From the NCBI GenBank assembly GCA_001938485.1, contig MQRK01182058.1:1-53261 (forward strand): DNA of 53,261 nt. The letters are read 5' to 3'. The notes beneath the pieces are model-generated. The model was not told where the DNA came from, ran no database searches, and saw nothing but the letters and a program-made list of their open reading frames with translations. The stretch comes from Girardia tigrina (lineage: Eukaryota). Position numbers and translations under genes: made by a program. Below are positions 11,101 to 26,100 of the stretch, in pieces (position 1 is the first letter of the stretch; every line of letters starts with the position of its first letter).

Positions 11101-14100
11101 AAAATTTTAAAATTATTTGAAATTAAAAATAAATTTAAACATTACATATTTTTAGATAATAAGAATTCAAATAATAATCATCCACCTGGGTAGGAGAGAC
11201 ACAATTCCAAATCAACATACACATTCAAACACGAAACATCAAACATTCAAATATTCCTCACACTATCAAAATATAATGTAAGTATTTATTCTTTATATTG
11301 GAAACCTTTGATATTTCCTTACTTCCCTAGAAATCTTTCACTATCACTTTTTAATTAACATTTCATTCTTTCAGTTTTTTTCGAGAGACTAATAATAAAT
11401 TTGAATGGTTGCATAAATATCGTATATGTTATTTTCTTTAAAATGCAAACAATAAGATTTATATAAAAATTATTTGATTTGAATTTTTGAACGTATAACT
11501 GCAGCCCATTAGCTTGATTTTCCTAACGACTGTTAAATTCAAACTTAATTTTTAAATTTTAGACTTTATTTATCTATATAAAAACAACAATTCTCACTCA
11601 TTTTGTCCTCAGGATACACAAACATACATGGACCAAACATGAAGGAACAAATTGGAACTTACATCCGAGTCTGTTTAAAGCTCGCCGCATTCTCTGCATC
11701 CAATCAGTCTCAGACACTACTGCCATTAATTGTTACTGTTTGGCATTTAAACAGGACGCCTACCAAGAAAATATAGCAGAGAACTAATTTCTACTGTTCT
11801 TATCCCGTTCTTATTTTTAAATTAAATTATATAATTTCTTGTATTCTTTTGAAAATTTTTGGTCGAACTTTGATGTGTTGAAGACATTTACTCTACTTAT
11901 TCATGTTATATTAATATTTTCGACATTTCTAAACACAAATTTATGATTCTGTATATTTAAATGAAAAATATAAGATGTAAATTACATAAAAATTTAATAT
12001 TGCATTTTTCTCATTTAGAAGACAGCAAATTAATTTCACGATATAGGGATTTTGTGAAGACTTTAAAATATAAGGTAAATTTAGTCGCCGATTTTGAAGA
12101 TGTCATCAAGACTATTTACCCAATGGTTAATCCAATCTATTCTAGAGACAAACAATAAGCTAACAAAATCTGCCAGTAATTGAAAAACATGGGATGATAA
12201 CCAGCGTTAATTCGTATATTATTTACAGGGAAAGAACAATTACATTTGCGAGCATCTCCATAACTTTATTCCGTATACAGAGCTACAAAATATTCGAAAC
12301 ATCATTTCTATTAGAATGAAGTAGTGGCCTGTGAGTAGTATGTTGAGCATCACTGTTCTAAACAATGTAAAGAAAATGTAAAAGAAAAATAAATAAATGT
12401 TATAATTTCAACTGGAAATTCAAAGCCTATTTACAAGGTTGTCAACTAAGTTTTTTTCCGAAAATAACAAAAACTATTAAATATAATGTCCAATCATTCA
12501 TCATCAGCCAAATGTTCAAAATAGCAGCCATTATTGTCAATGTAATGTTGGCAACGTCCTGGCAACTTATTGACACCATTCTCGAAAAAGGATCCGGCCT
12601 TGGTGTTCAACTACTCCTGAAGTTTCTCCTGAACCTCCTCAGAAGATTCACAGTTCTGACCTTTCAAGGCTCCTTTCATTGGTGAAAATAGATAGTAGTC
12701 TGAAGGAGCCAGATCCGGTGAATAGGGGGGGGATGTGGCAAGATGTTTAGATGCATTTCGGCAATCTTAGCCTAGGTGAGATGTGCCGTATGTGGTCATG
12801 CGTTGTCCTGAAGAAGGTACAGAAAACTGTCCGTGGTTTTCCGTTGTCGTTTTACCAGGATAGCTGTATTCAACTTTTCTAGCAAACTGCAGTAGTATGT
12901 TACCGTCATGGTTTTTCCATTTTCTAACACATCCATCAAGATCACACCTTTCGAATCCCAGAAGACGGTAGCCAGATGCTTCCTCGTAGTTAACCTCCCT
13001 TTGGATTCTGTAGCAGGCTCATCGCCACTTCCACCCCAAGATTTGTGAGTGTATGAGGATGTATTCTCCCAGAATACCCACATCTCATCTAGTCACTATA
13101 CGGCGCAGGAAATTGTTGCTGCGGTACACAGCAAGCAGTTTTTCACACACAGACATTTTCTTTTCCTTAGCAGCTTCTGTTAAAACACGTGGAACCCACA
13201 CGTTGGCGAGGTAACGTTTGTTCATTTTCATGAGATTCTGACGCACTGCTTCGTGGCTAATTCCAATTTCTTGGCCAATGAATCTCGTTGTGGCAATTTG
13301 TTTTCCTCTAGAATTCGTTCTATATCTGTAGCCACCTCATAAGAAGATCGTCCACTGCGAACTTTTTCATTTACCTCGAAGTCACCGTTCTCGAATTTCT
13401 TTACCCAGTTGATACATGTACATGACGTAGTTGTTCCTTCTCCCAGTGTGTTGTTTATCTCTTTCGCAATGTCTACAGCTGATAATTTACGCTTCCAACA
13501 ATATAAAATAAGCTTTATCATGTCTTCTCTGTTGAAATTCATAGTTTACTTTGAAAGATGGCAAAAATATTGTAATATCGTATTACTCTAAATAAACAAT
13601 TTTTAATTTATTGCGTTGTTTATTATGTAAATTGAAATAAATATTAATAAACTTTTGATAGTTATAATGTGTATTAATCATACAATATGCACACCAAATT
13701 TGGATTTCATAGCGGTCATAGATCTCCAGATACAACGACAAATGCATTGGAAAAAACTTAGTTGACAACCCTGTACAATAACTTAACCCAAGAATAATTA
13801 AATCAAAGTTTTAGGATTAGAATAAGATGAGGTCAGTCAAATATTTCAAAATGAAAAATGTCCATAATAAAGTGGAGATTGTTTTTGTCTTTGAAAAGAG
13901 CGAACGTTTACTTATTAAGATTTCATCAACTAGAAATTATCAAGCAACAATCTCTTGCATCATCAATAAATCTTATCGAATATATAAACGGATCTTTCGT
14001 AAATTTTGAAAATTTTCATTTGATTGAAGACATTTTTACTTCCAGTTCACTGTTCCTCATTTTCTGGAAAGGAATGAACTAAGAAAAGATTATAATAAAT

Positions 14101-17100
14101 ATCAGATGTCTTTAAATCCACTAACTTAATTTAACTAAATTTAATTTAGGGTATGATGCCATATGATCCAGTGCAACAAAGACTAAGAATATGATAATCG
14201 CTTACAATGTAATCTGAGGGAAAGAGAAAGATGCTTCCCACAAACTTCATCTTCTTTTAAGCGATTATGAGATAAAAAAAACATCTACATTCTTTACAGT
14301 TATAGTCACATATTTTAATAATAAACTTTATCAAACTGATGTTTTTCATTACTTTTTTTAAATAATGCGACTAATATTGATGTGTAACCAATAAATATAC
14401 AAATACATTATAATCAAAATACAGTCATAGTGATTACCTTGTTTCATGTCCGGTAAAAAAGAAGTTTGAAAATTAAAAATCTTCTTTTTATTATTTTTTC
14501 TTAATGAAAAGCGAAATTTGTTTGTTAAGAATGGTATTTTAGAACGACAAATGGAATTGGAATTGTTTTCCTGAGTATTCTCATTCTGATTCTGAGCCCA
14601 GCAACTGGAATATTGAGAAATAACAGACAAAATGGAATAGAAAAATGAAACTGAGGTTAAACTGGCAGCAAATAGAGAGAAATAAATCATTGAAAACACT
14701 GTAACACACCAAATAGATTGCCCAATTCTAAAATTTTTAAATAAATATAAAGATAATGTGAAAATTTGGAAACTTTATACATAAAATTTGTTATGCAAAA
14801 CACAATACAAGATTGTATTTGTTGGGTTCTTGATAAAAATTATAATTCATTAACACCAAATTTTATTTCTCTCACAAATAACAATTATTCAAACAATTTT
14901 TCGTCGAGGAACTTTTCTTCGTTTTCTTTTTGACCAGATTTTTATATAAAAAATATGGAATTATAAATACTGAAAAGCTATTTTAAAATTGAAAATTTTT
15001 TTATTCTCTTTATTTTGAAAATTTACATTCCACTATTTTATGCAATTTAATTTAAATTAAAACCGTAGTCATATTTTTACTAAATTAACAAAAATGATTT
15101 TTTATTATTTTGGAATTAGTTTAATATTATTTTCTTTTATTTGTAAAAACGTTTTTTTAATTAATAAAAGATTTTAACGTTTTATTTATTATCAATATTT
15201 CAGTTTAAATTTTTTTATTACCTAAAATTATTTTAAATACAAAAATATACAATTTTAAATACAATTTAAATACAAAAAATAATTTACAGTATTCAAATTT
15301 TTATTATTATTACGATACATTAATGATAAAAGTTTTAATTTTATTTTTTTACGAAACTGTTTAGAATTAAGTATTTATCAAATCTTTAATTTGCAGAATT
15401 TCAAACTGACTTTAAAATTATCTGTTTTTTTAATTTACATTTCTGACAACAGAGTTCATTATTTTATTTTTTAGAATAACTTTTAAAATTAGTACAAGCA
15501 TAATTATTCCTGTCTTTATATATTTCTTTTAAATCAATTATTTAAAAATCCATTATTTCCCAATTAATTTTATTTAAAGTTTTTACTCTATAATTGAAAT
15601 TCGATTATTTCCTAAAATAATGTTTTGAAATTAATTAAGATATATTTTTTTAATTATAATTGCTTAGAAAACTTTTGATTTTAAATATTTCCTTATTTTA
15701 GAAAATTCTTTATAAAAATTAATTGTTTCAAAAATTTTAAGAGTTAGCCTGTCCTTCATAGTATTAAACAATTTCAGAAAAGTATCATTAAGAATTGGCG
15801 TTGATGTGGAATCGCATTAATGTTTCCGAATTCCTCTACTTTATGATAAGTTCAGAATATTTCTATCTGGTGTTACATATAAATTCTGGTCTACCTCAAT
15901 AAATGAACGGATTCAAGACTTTATCGTGAAAATTTATCGCTGGGAAAATGGGAAAACTGCAGTTTGTCCAATATATGCAGTATCGCACACACTAAATTCA
16001 TATTCATAAACAATATCAAATAACACCGTTAATGAAGAATACTCTCCTTTTATTTCAGAATAAGGCTCTGAATGTGAATTAGATTATTACTGAACATATT
16101 TTGAGTTATAATGAGATCGTGATATAATTTTAAAATTTTATTTCTGTGAACAAGTAAAATAATATGGTCAAAAAGAAGATAATTTCAACCAATTTATTTA
16201 CTATTCTGGATTAGTATTAGCAATTCTAGTGCAGATATGACGAGTTGTTTCTCCAATGTACAAGGATTCACACTTGTGACATTTAAATTGATATACTAGA
16301 TTAGCTTGCACACCCGATGAAGTTTTTGATTTATTTGAGAAATATCTCGATAGTTTATTAGTTATGAAGATCACCCGAAAATTAAAACCCGAAGGAACCT
16401 TTTTCATTAGGCCTTCCCTCAAATCACACGCACCTTCAGAAGATGGTAATTTTAAATTTATTGTTTTTATAACGTTACTACTATCATTATTTATAATGTT
16501 TTCATTTTTATTATTGGATTTTTCTATAATTGAATCAATTGTATTTTTTTATCAAATTATTTAAATAATTTTTATTGAACCCATTATTTTCTAACCCACT
16601 TTTAAGATCAACAATAGTCTTATCCACACCACAATACGTAGATGATAAATTCCAAATTCTGTGAATTAATCCTTTCGCCATATTTTTATATTTACTTGGG
16701 ATCACAGAAATTCATAGGATTATTGTATAAACCCGTATCAGTACTCTTTCGAAATACTTCAGTTTCATAGCCCTTCGAAAAAAAAGATAAATTGCGTAAT
16801 AGTCAATGTGTCATATAAATGACTTGTAATCTGAAATTACTTCACAACTGATGATGCCGTAACGCGAAACATGTTTCGTAAAATAAAAAAACTATTAAAA
16901 TGGTGTTTTTTCTTTATTTTGCTTATAAATATTACCATTAAATCTAAATGTTATTGGAATGAATGACCATACTTTATTTGCCACATAAAGTCGAAATCTT
17001 TTTTCTTTCGTACCAATTATTACTTTAACCTTCATCTGTCCCTCGGGTCTTTTTCAACCCGAAGTGACAGTCGATTTGAGGGACGGATGAAGGTTTATGG

Positions 17101-20100
17101 AAACTGTCTCTAGAGTTTCTCGTGTATCATCATTTGCACAATATAATTTGTATTCTGACCTCTGTAATATAACTCGTTTAAATTTATTTAAAACATTTAT
17201 ACGTGCTCTTGTATCTATCAAAAAATTACTATTGATGCCTTCAAAATTAACATTTAAACTGCGCCTCTCTTTCATCGCATTATAAACAATTTTAGTAGAC
17301 TTTTACAGGTAGTGAAATATAATTAATATTTTCAAATTCATAAAACGAAAATTTTTTATTATCAAATTAGAAATTCAATAAATCAATAATTTCAATTACT
17401 GTCGCTGACATTTAAGAATATCAATGTAGACAGTTAATAATAATTCTATAATCTAAAGTAAAAAGAATTAATCAATTATCCAATGAAAAACAAGACACAC
17501 TTACCAAATTAGACAATTAAGAATATCATAGACACTTAACAATATCAAATAATATAGAAAAATAAAGTCTACTCCCAAACATACATAACTTACACTCAAA
17601 TACATACATACACGTACAACAAACACACATAATTTTACAGACATTTAACAATAATTTGGACATTTAAGAATATCAAAAATGTCAGATTATATCATATGCG
17701 TATNNNNNNNNNNNNNNNNNNNNNNNNNNNNNNNNNNNNNNNNNNNTGTGTGTTTTTGTAATATTAAATATGTGTGTATCGATTCATTGATACATGTTAT
17801 CATAAATAAATTTTGATGATATTCTTAACTGTCTACATTGATATTCTTAAATGTCAGCGACAGTATCTATTATTTACTTATATTCCAAGTTATAAACAGA
17901 GGCATTTTCGACAGAATTAAATAATTAAGACAAATTACTGTGTAAAATTACAGAAATTCAGAATTTAAAGTCAGAAAATAAAAATCCGAAATGATATTAA
18001 AAAACTTACTTAACTTGAGGTTCTCTAATCTGTAAGGCTCCATCATCCCTACAAACTACCGAATGACCAATGGTGGGAATCAACTGTATCATCCACCCGC
18101 AACTGGCAATGAGCATATAAAAGTGAATGATAAACAAATTAAGAAGCATTGGATGCCACTTATAATCTGAATGTTGGATCTGATGAATAATAAAAGTAAT
18201 CTGAAAATATTCAAATGTATCAAAGAAATTTTTATAAAACTTTGGCAAATTCATAAAACTATTTTAAAATATTAATTATAAATCTTAAATCAAAACGCCA
18301 TTTTAGATACAATATGTTTTCGACATTAATGTTGACACATTTCTCTTCATTTGACCATGTTAACATTACGAGAGGCGTTCCGAAAGTAAGTGGAAAAAAG
18401 TAGACGACACCACAACAAAGCATTTATTGAAGGAATACAATGTCATTCATCATCCTCATCACTGTCAAGGCAGGTAAGGCAGCGATTTGCATTGATGGTC
18501 TCCGACACTTTTTCCACATTTTCTACCGTGCTCGTCGTTGCTGGAAGTCCACTCCTGTCCGCGTCGTCCAAGGATTCACGTCCATTTTCGAATTGATGCA
18601 CCCAATTGTAGACGGCAGACTTTTGCAGGACTCTTCCTTGAAACACATTTGATAAGCGGCGCACAATTTCAGACACTGGAGTATCCTCTTTCCAAAGGAA
18701 AAATAGAACGCTGAGAACGTACTGTGTCTTCTATGTGTTAAACAAATATGAAAACACTGCCTATGACAGTTTCCTCTATGCTGATCACATGTTGCATGAA
18801 GCAATGCCACTTTTGCTCGATTTCTATTGGCTGGTAAGTACATCACGCCACCTGTCCCTCTGTAAGATGCACACACACGCGTACACCCGTATATAAGTAT
18901 TTCCACTTACTTTCGGAACGCCCCTCGTAGTTTTGTAGATTATAACAGCCTTCGTAAAACGGCTAATTATTTACTTCAGCAATAGTTTATATAATGTTAA
19001 CTCAAATTCCTAAAATGTCTTTCACCATCTCGCGGCGTTGTTTTAACCAATGCAAGAAACCAAACGCAAAATATTATCATTCGTAATGCGTTCATTTACT
19101 CAATTCTTTTTGTTTCTTTCAAGTTGTATTCCTCCAATAGAACCAATTAACTATTTGTCCATTCATGTTATAACTCAAATGCTTTTGAACTGAAATTTTA
19201 TGAAAACAAAATGGAGAAAAGATCATGAAAATTCTCTTGTTTGTATTACTGTCATTTAAAGTGTAGTAGTATGACGAAAACCAGATTCCATGAGGTTATA
19301 AGCTCCATATAGATTTAAATGTTATTGATCTCTTGTTCTTAATAATAAACAAACTCTATTTTGTATCAATTGTGTATTTTATACCGTTCAATAATCACGT
19401 ACAATGAGTTTCATATTACTTAGAATGGTGATTAAAATACATGCTTATTACTGAAAAAGTATTATATTGAGAATAAACAGAAAGCAGTAAACATAATAAA
19501 GACACAATCAGTAACTGTGTACAGCAGCCCCACAATTGTAAATACGAGCCTGTAGTCTACGTGGTATGGATTCAACGAGTGTTTTACAGAGAGTTTGTAA
19601 ATAGGCATCAGTGTTCAAAATGTACTTAATGCGTGCAATGAGTTCCTCTGTATTTGCAGTGGCCTCTCATAAACCCGTCGCTTCAATTGAGTCCAGAAGT
19701 TTTTTATGGCGTTCATGTCGCATGAATTGGACAGCCATTCCATGCAATGGATGCCGTAGTTGTCGAGGTGCTAACGTGTCTTTTATGGATACGTTGCAGG
19801 GGGCGTTATCCTGTTGGAAGACTCACGGCACTTGGGGGAACCACAAATCAGCGGATAGTAGAAGAGCATTATCAATTATGTTGATATAAAATACTGTACA
19901 AACAAAATACTGAACAGCCAAGCAAGATCACACTCGTGCAACATACTCGGAAATACAACCGTTCAGAGTAATATGAAACGCATTGTAGAACAATGAAGAA
20001 CATGAAAAAAAATTTGGATCTACTTGCTGATGATTGATAAGATATTCCTAATATATTGAGTTTTTTTAGGATGGTATTGGAAGTGAAGAAAGTTATATGG

Positions 20101-23100
20101 ATGACAGTGGTATCTAATACAGCAAGTTTTTATATCTATGTAGTTGTTCCTAAAATGTGACGAAGAATAGTTATTTTGAATGATTCTGAAATGAAAATTA
20201 AAACTAATCTCTACATAACTTGAATTATGTTTTTACAATTAATGAAAATCCTTATCTGTATTCATCCACCAAAAATATAGGCCATATGGTAAACTCAGTC
20301 ATAAAACGACTGATTCCGATATTGGCTCATATGTATATTGAGAAATCAAGTATTTTTAAAGTTTGTTTTTATATCTTCTTTTGAAAAGAAATTATGAAAT
20401 TTTATCATCCTTTTAAATCTTAATTTAAATAAGAATGGTCTCACGTTATAAACGAGACTGAGAATCCCTGATAAAGATAGAATTGACTAAAGAATCTTTT
20501 ATCTATTGATATTATAAAATAAATAAATTATTAAATCAATAGTATATATTAAGAATTTTTCTTTTGAATTATTAATTAAAATACATTAAATTTCAATTAG
20601 TTTATTTTAACTGTCTAAAAAAGATATTTTTAAATTATCAACTAAAAATGCATATAAGTAAACATCCACTTTCGTTTATATAAACGATTTGTATTACAAA
20701 TTGAGTGAGTGATCGTATCATCAAAGAATAAAATTAACATTTAACAAATATATCCAAATAGTATAAATTATAATATAAAAAAAAGATCCTTTTAGTCGTG
20801 TAATTTGAATAGTTAAACTATTAGACTGTAGCAAATAAAATAATCGTTAAATGATGTTATTTTTCACGGGATCCGAAAAATTCGTCCCCGGGAAAAGTAA
20901 ATAATTAAAAATTAAAATAAACTAGTAAACAAAAAATATTTTTAATCCATTCTTAATCTTTTTTAGAAGGGAAAATTATTATTACATTTTTTATATTATT
21001 ATCACTTTTCTCAATTCGATATAACCCTTGCAAATGATTATAACCCTTATATTATAGAGGTAAGAAAACAAGCTATCAATATTTGTATGCAACCAATCAT
21101 TGTGACGCACACAGGGATAAACACACATAATTGTTTTACAAATGCTTATAAACTTTGCCGTTACATATAACTAATATATTTACATATATAATTATTAAAG
21201 ATGTAAATTTTTCGCGGCAAAAACTTTTAAATTTCATGGGTCAATCACGGTAAAAAGTGTAAAATTCGCGGCTAATTCGCAATATCACCTACTTCCAAAA
21301 TAATACTTCATACACACACAATTCAGTGAAAACCAATTGTTTTCAGTACAAGCAAATTGTTTTTGACATGCATTTTACCAATATCAAAGAAAAAAGTAAA
21401 TAAAACAAAGTTCTGACAAATAAGACTGTTATTTAAATTTCTTTTTAAATTTTAGTTTATAACTTTCTAGAGTTCTGGTAAAACATGCTGTACATAGTCA
21501 ATTTATCGCCCTTAATGCTACATCTGTCGTCTCTCAACACATCCGAGTATAGACTGAAAGATCGTTCAGCAGTAACACTGTTACACGGTACACTCTGAAA
21601 GTTTCGGAAACTGCGGTGCTGCAGCAATCCAGAAATCAACCAGATGTGAAGTTGCCATCAGATCACCAATACTTGGCAGGTAGATGCGCAGTTCAGTCTT
21701 TGCTTGTATGTTATCGTCGAACTACGGTATGTTCTCACAAATAAACTCGTAGGTTACATTCAGTATGTTCAACTTGGTTATGTCAAACACACGACATGCT
21801 CGGAAAAAGTTCGCAGCAGGTTGACAGAAGCAAAATGTAATGCTTTCAGCTTCACAGATATAGTTTCTTAGTTTCTCGGAGCCTTTACGTAAAGCCTCAA
21901 CAGATGGAGATAGTTGCTTTAGATGCTGGAGGACTTCAGACGCTGAAGTATCCATCCATTCAGCGAGATAAGTCAGTTCATCTGTAACAAGATGTGCTTT
22001 TAAGTCCTCTCCTTCATATTCCCTTAGCTTTGACATAATCTCGGGAGCATATTTGCGTAGCTCAGTCAAGTCATCTTTCACAGCAGATGAGACACAGAAA
22101 TCGACAAGCTCGGAAATTTTCAAACGACTACTTCTATCGACCTCATCACCAAAAAATTCTGAATAATCAACCAGATGATCAGTATGGTAAAGCGCGGCCT
22201 GAAATCAACTGTTCCACCTTGTGATAACGGGCGTCAGTGGAAGAGCGCCAGGTTTACCTTTGTCGCACAGGAACTGTCGAAACCTGGCCTTACGTGCAGG
22301 ACATGCTGTAAAAGCTTTTTTACACTGGCCACCATTTTGCTGATTACCGGAAACGAGTGCTGCCACACTTCACCAATGAGGTTGAGTAAATGTGCAGTGC
22401 AAGTAACGTGGACACTATTGAAGAGCCCAGTCTTCAGGCTACTGTTCCACGCCTTGTACATATAAGCTGCATTGTCAGTAACAAATGCACTAATTTTTGA
22501 AAGTGAAATTTCAAGCTTATACAATGTATTTAATACAGCTTCACTGACAGTCCTTTTTCACTGACAGGCACATTGACACTACTGAAAACTTCCACCAGGC
22601 GCATTATTTCTAGCTGATGATGTTACTTTTGTGCGGTTTGCTTCGCAAAAACTTCAAATATACTGGCATGCAGTTTCTGTTTCTTTGCTTCATGTGACTC
22701 ATCACCTTTCACATTTGCTGCCTTCCATTTGTGAACATTACTGTCCAGATGCTGCGTACAGCTGTCCTTGCGAATAAAATCAACGGGCACATTGCAAGTA
22801 CTTCAGAACTGTAAATCACCAGTTACATGAAACGTTCCAGGTTTGAACTGTCTTGCTCGCACTGTTGGTGTCACCAACACAGCAGTTTTACTTTTTGCCG
22901 TACCGCCTATCTTTCTTTTATCCATTTACGTAAAATATGGCTAAATATAAATTAAAAACGTAAAATTTAAATACGAAATGTGACCTTGGTGAAAATTTAA
23001 ACAAATTTTCATTAAAATCAATAGAAATGAATAATTATTAAATTATTTAAAAGAAAAATTATTATATAACGAAAATTATTAAAAACTGAAACATAATTTA

Positions 23101-26100
23101 AAAAGATGTTTGATGATATTAATGATAAATTTAATACCAAATGGAATATTAAAGAATATCTGTAAAGATTATTTATTATAAATAGATAAATAGTCGAAAA
23201 TTTTTATAATTTTCAATTTTATTTTTCTTTCATTAGGAATATTATTTTAAAGGAAATTTGACTATAACAAGTATCAATATCAATCATATTTCTCAAATTA
23301 TTCCAAAACATTCCGAGGTGCCAACTAAACCCGAGCCTAAAATACTTCTAATTATAAAACCAACAATTAGTATCAATTAATAATTGATTTTAAATTAATA
23401 ATAATAATAAATTAAATAATAAATCTATGGAAATCAACAATAATCCGTCCATATAAAAATCAAAATGGTCTGAGAAACAAAATCGCGGAATTCGCGGCAT
23501 GATTGAGAAATTCGCGGTAGATGCCAAAATTCGTGAAATTTGCGACTGTCGCGAAAAATTTACAGCCTTAATAATTATTTCCCTACAAATCTGGGAAGAA
23601 ATATGACTGTGATCATGGTCATCAGTAAAAATAGGCAAATTCAGTTTCACCATTCGATCTAGACACACAAAAACTGAGAGTATCCTGAACATGACCCAAA
23701 CAGAAGGTATGGATACTCTCAAAATTTTGCAAGATACCGAAGTATCAAATAGATATTCCTACTTGCGACCGTATTATCGTTATAGTCAGTCGTTTTTTGT
23801 AGACTGCATATCGTGAAAATAATATTTTTGATTAATAAATATATTATTTTTGTGTTATTTATTAAAAGTTATTATTTTAAGATTTTTTGAAAGAATAATA
23901 GTTAAAATAAAAAAATGATAATAAAAAAATCCGAAAACCAAGCATAGATACATTAAATAATCCATGATATATTAAATAATCCATCCATTAACTAAAATTT
24001 GGTTATAACCCAATGAAAACAGATGTACTAATCAGTACTCATGAATTCAACATGCATTTTAATCAATAAATTTGTCACAATAGTATTTTTATTTATTAAT
24101 AAAACATCAATTATCTTTGGGACAAATTGTGCGGGACGAATTTTCCGACACCCATTTGTCACAGGTTTCTGTAAAAAACAATAGACTAAGTAAGGAAACT
24201 CGATTAATGATTCACTAATTTACATATGAAAATAAAATGTAAAGAAAATTTCAAGAAAGCTTCAGACCAGATTACAAAGTCACATTTGCATGCACAGATG
24301 TTTACTATATGATGATCTTCTGCTTGAATTACTCAATCATTGCCCTATATGATTTCCAAACACTTATTTTACAAATGTACAGAACCAGGTTACACATTAA
24401 TAAGAATACGAACCATATATTTTTCGTTAAATAAGTAGCTATGAAGGAAAAAGAAATCTATTTTGAGTTACAAAATATGCAATTAATTGATATTATTGAA
24501 AAACTTTAAATTAATATGCAGGGTTGACGAATAGATCTTTCCAAGACTCTAGTTTTGTTTCAGTGCACAAGAATCCCGATTTTGCTTTTTATATATAGTA
24601 TATATCTACAGTAAATATAAAATCTTAATAATATAAATAAAAACAATATTTGATTATAAATTTATTAATGAAACGTGTTTTATCATTATTCTGTTTAACC
24701 ACAATAATGTCGATAAAATTTTATTGGTGTTATATCACAGTTTTGATGGAATTCAGCCAACAAGATATCAGTACACTCATTTTTTTACTGTTGGAGACAT
24801 GACCTGGAAACATCAGATATCTTTAGAGGGATAAATACCGCTTTTGGACAACATGCGTAGTGTTTACAGAAGTGCTTTAAATAGATAGCAAGAATCAGAT
24901 GTAGAAATATACATAAGCACAGATGACCGAACATGAGAAATAGAAATCATCTATAGATCTGTGTCAAAAAATTAAGAAGATTCTGCAAGAGAATAAAAAC
25001 GTAACTACGAGGACAACATACCATCGCAACTGAATGTTATCAAAGATACAGTGTAGAGACATCTGATATGATATTCTTTATCTGGTGAAGGGAGACAAAC
25101 ATGAGTGAAGATTACACAAAACTGCTCACATATGTTGACGAAGCAACTACGTGCACCAACTTGTCACTATAGGATGTATGGTGAGAACCCGGATTGTGTT
25201 TTCCATAAATCTTGGTGCAATATGAATAAAACCTAAAACACTTTCCCTGACACTGACGAAACATTTAGCCACCATAGTTTAGGATTATGGGGATTACTTC
25301 TCATTGACGTATTGCCACGTGGAAAAAGATGACGGCATCTCAATACAGTTTCATCCTGGAGACGATGGAGTCGAAAGACGATGCAGGACAACCAATGGCT
25401 CCGTTGTGCCTCTTCCACTATAACACAAAACCCCACACTGCAGTCTTGACAAAACAATTAATAAGAAATAGTATTGCAACTGCGCCATATTCATCATATA
25501 CCCCCGACTTTGTCCCATCATATTGTTATATATTCACCCGCATGAAAGTTGAACTCAGAGAAAAAAAGTTTCACAAGTGCAGCGGACAGTCAGTGGGAAA
25601 TAGAACGTTAGATTGACTGCAAGGATTCAATCTTCTTCATCGATAGTATCAAGAAACATGTCGGTCATTGGGAACGAAGTGTAGCACACGGTGGTAACTA
25701 TTTTGAGCATTTGCGATTCAATGAAAAATAAATATTGCATGTTATTGGATTTTGTTTGCTTTAACTCGCTAAAGATTTATCGGTCAACCCTAAATTTTAC
25801 ATTTCTTTTCTGTAAATGTGATATACTCGAACAGCGTTTACTTGCTGAATTGTCCACTTTTGCAAAAAACGAACACCAAACATTATGTTTATTCACAGAC
25901 TCCAATTCAATATTTTCAGGTTTAGTATAAAATTGCTTTTAAGCAAAAAAAACGTTTATGTCAATATAAAAAATGTCTTATCCAAATAAATAAAATATTT
26001 TACATTAAGTGGTTGTCATCAAACTTAAGATAGCTGAAATAGAAAATTAAGTTTGTAAAGAATTAGAAAAGAAAATATGAACATCAATTTTGAAACATTT

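Larger units (their letters stand above)
20868..24153. mobile_element. Non-autonomous MULE-like element hosting a hAT insertion
   Basis: Imperfect TIRs gggatccgaaaaattcgtccc / gggacgaattttccgacaccc; 9-bp TSD atttttcac (20859-20867) / atttgtcac (24154-24162). Confidence 0.7.

Noticed and set aside
14150-14290. Possible extra smo exon (LHWIIW resembling TM4)
   Set aside because: The required phase hits a stop, and exon 14438 joins exon 8912 in phase without it.
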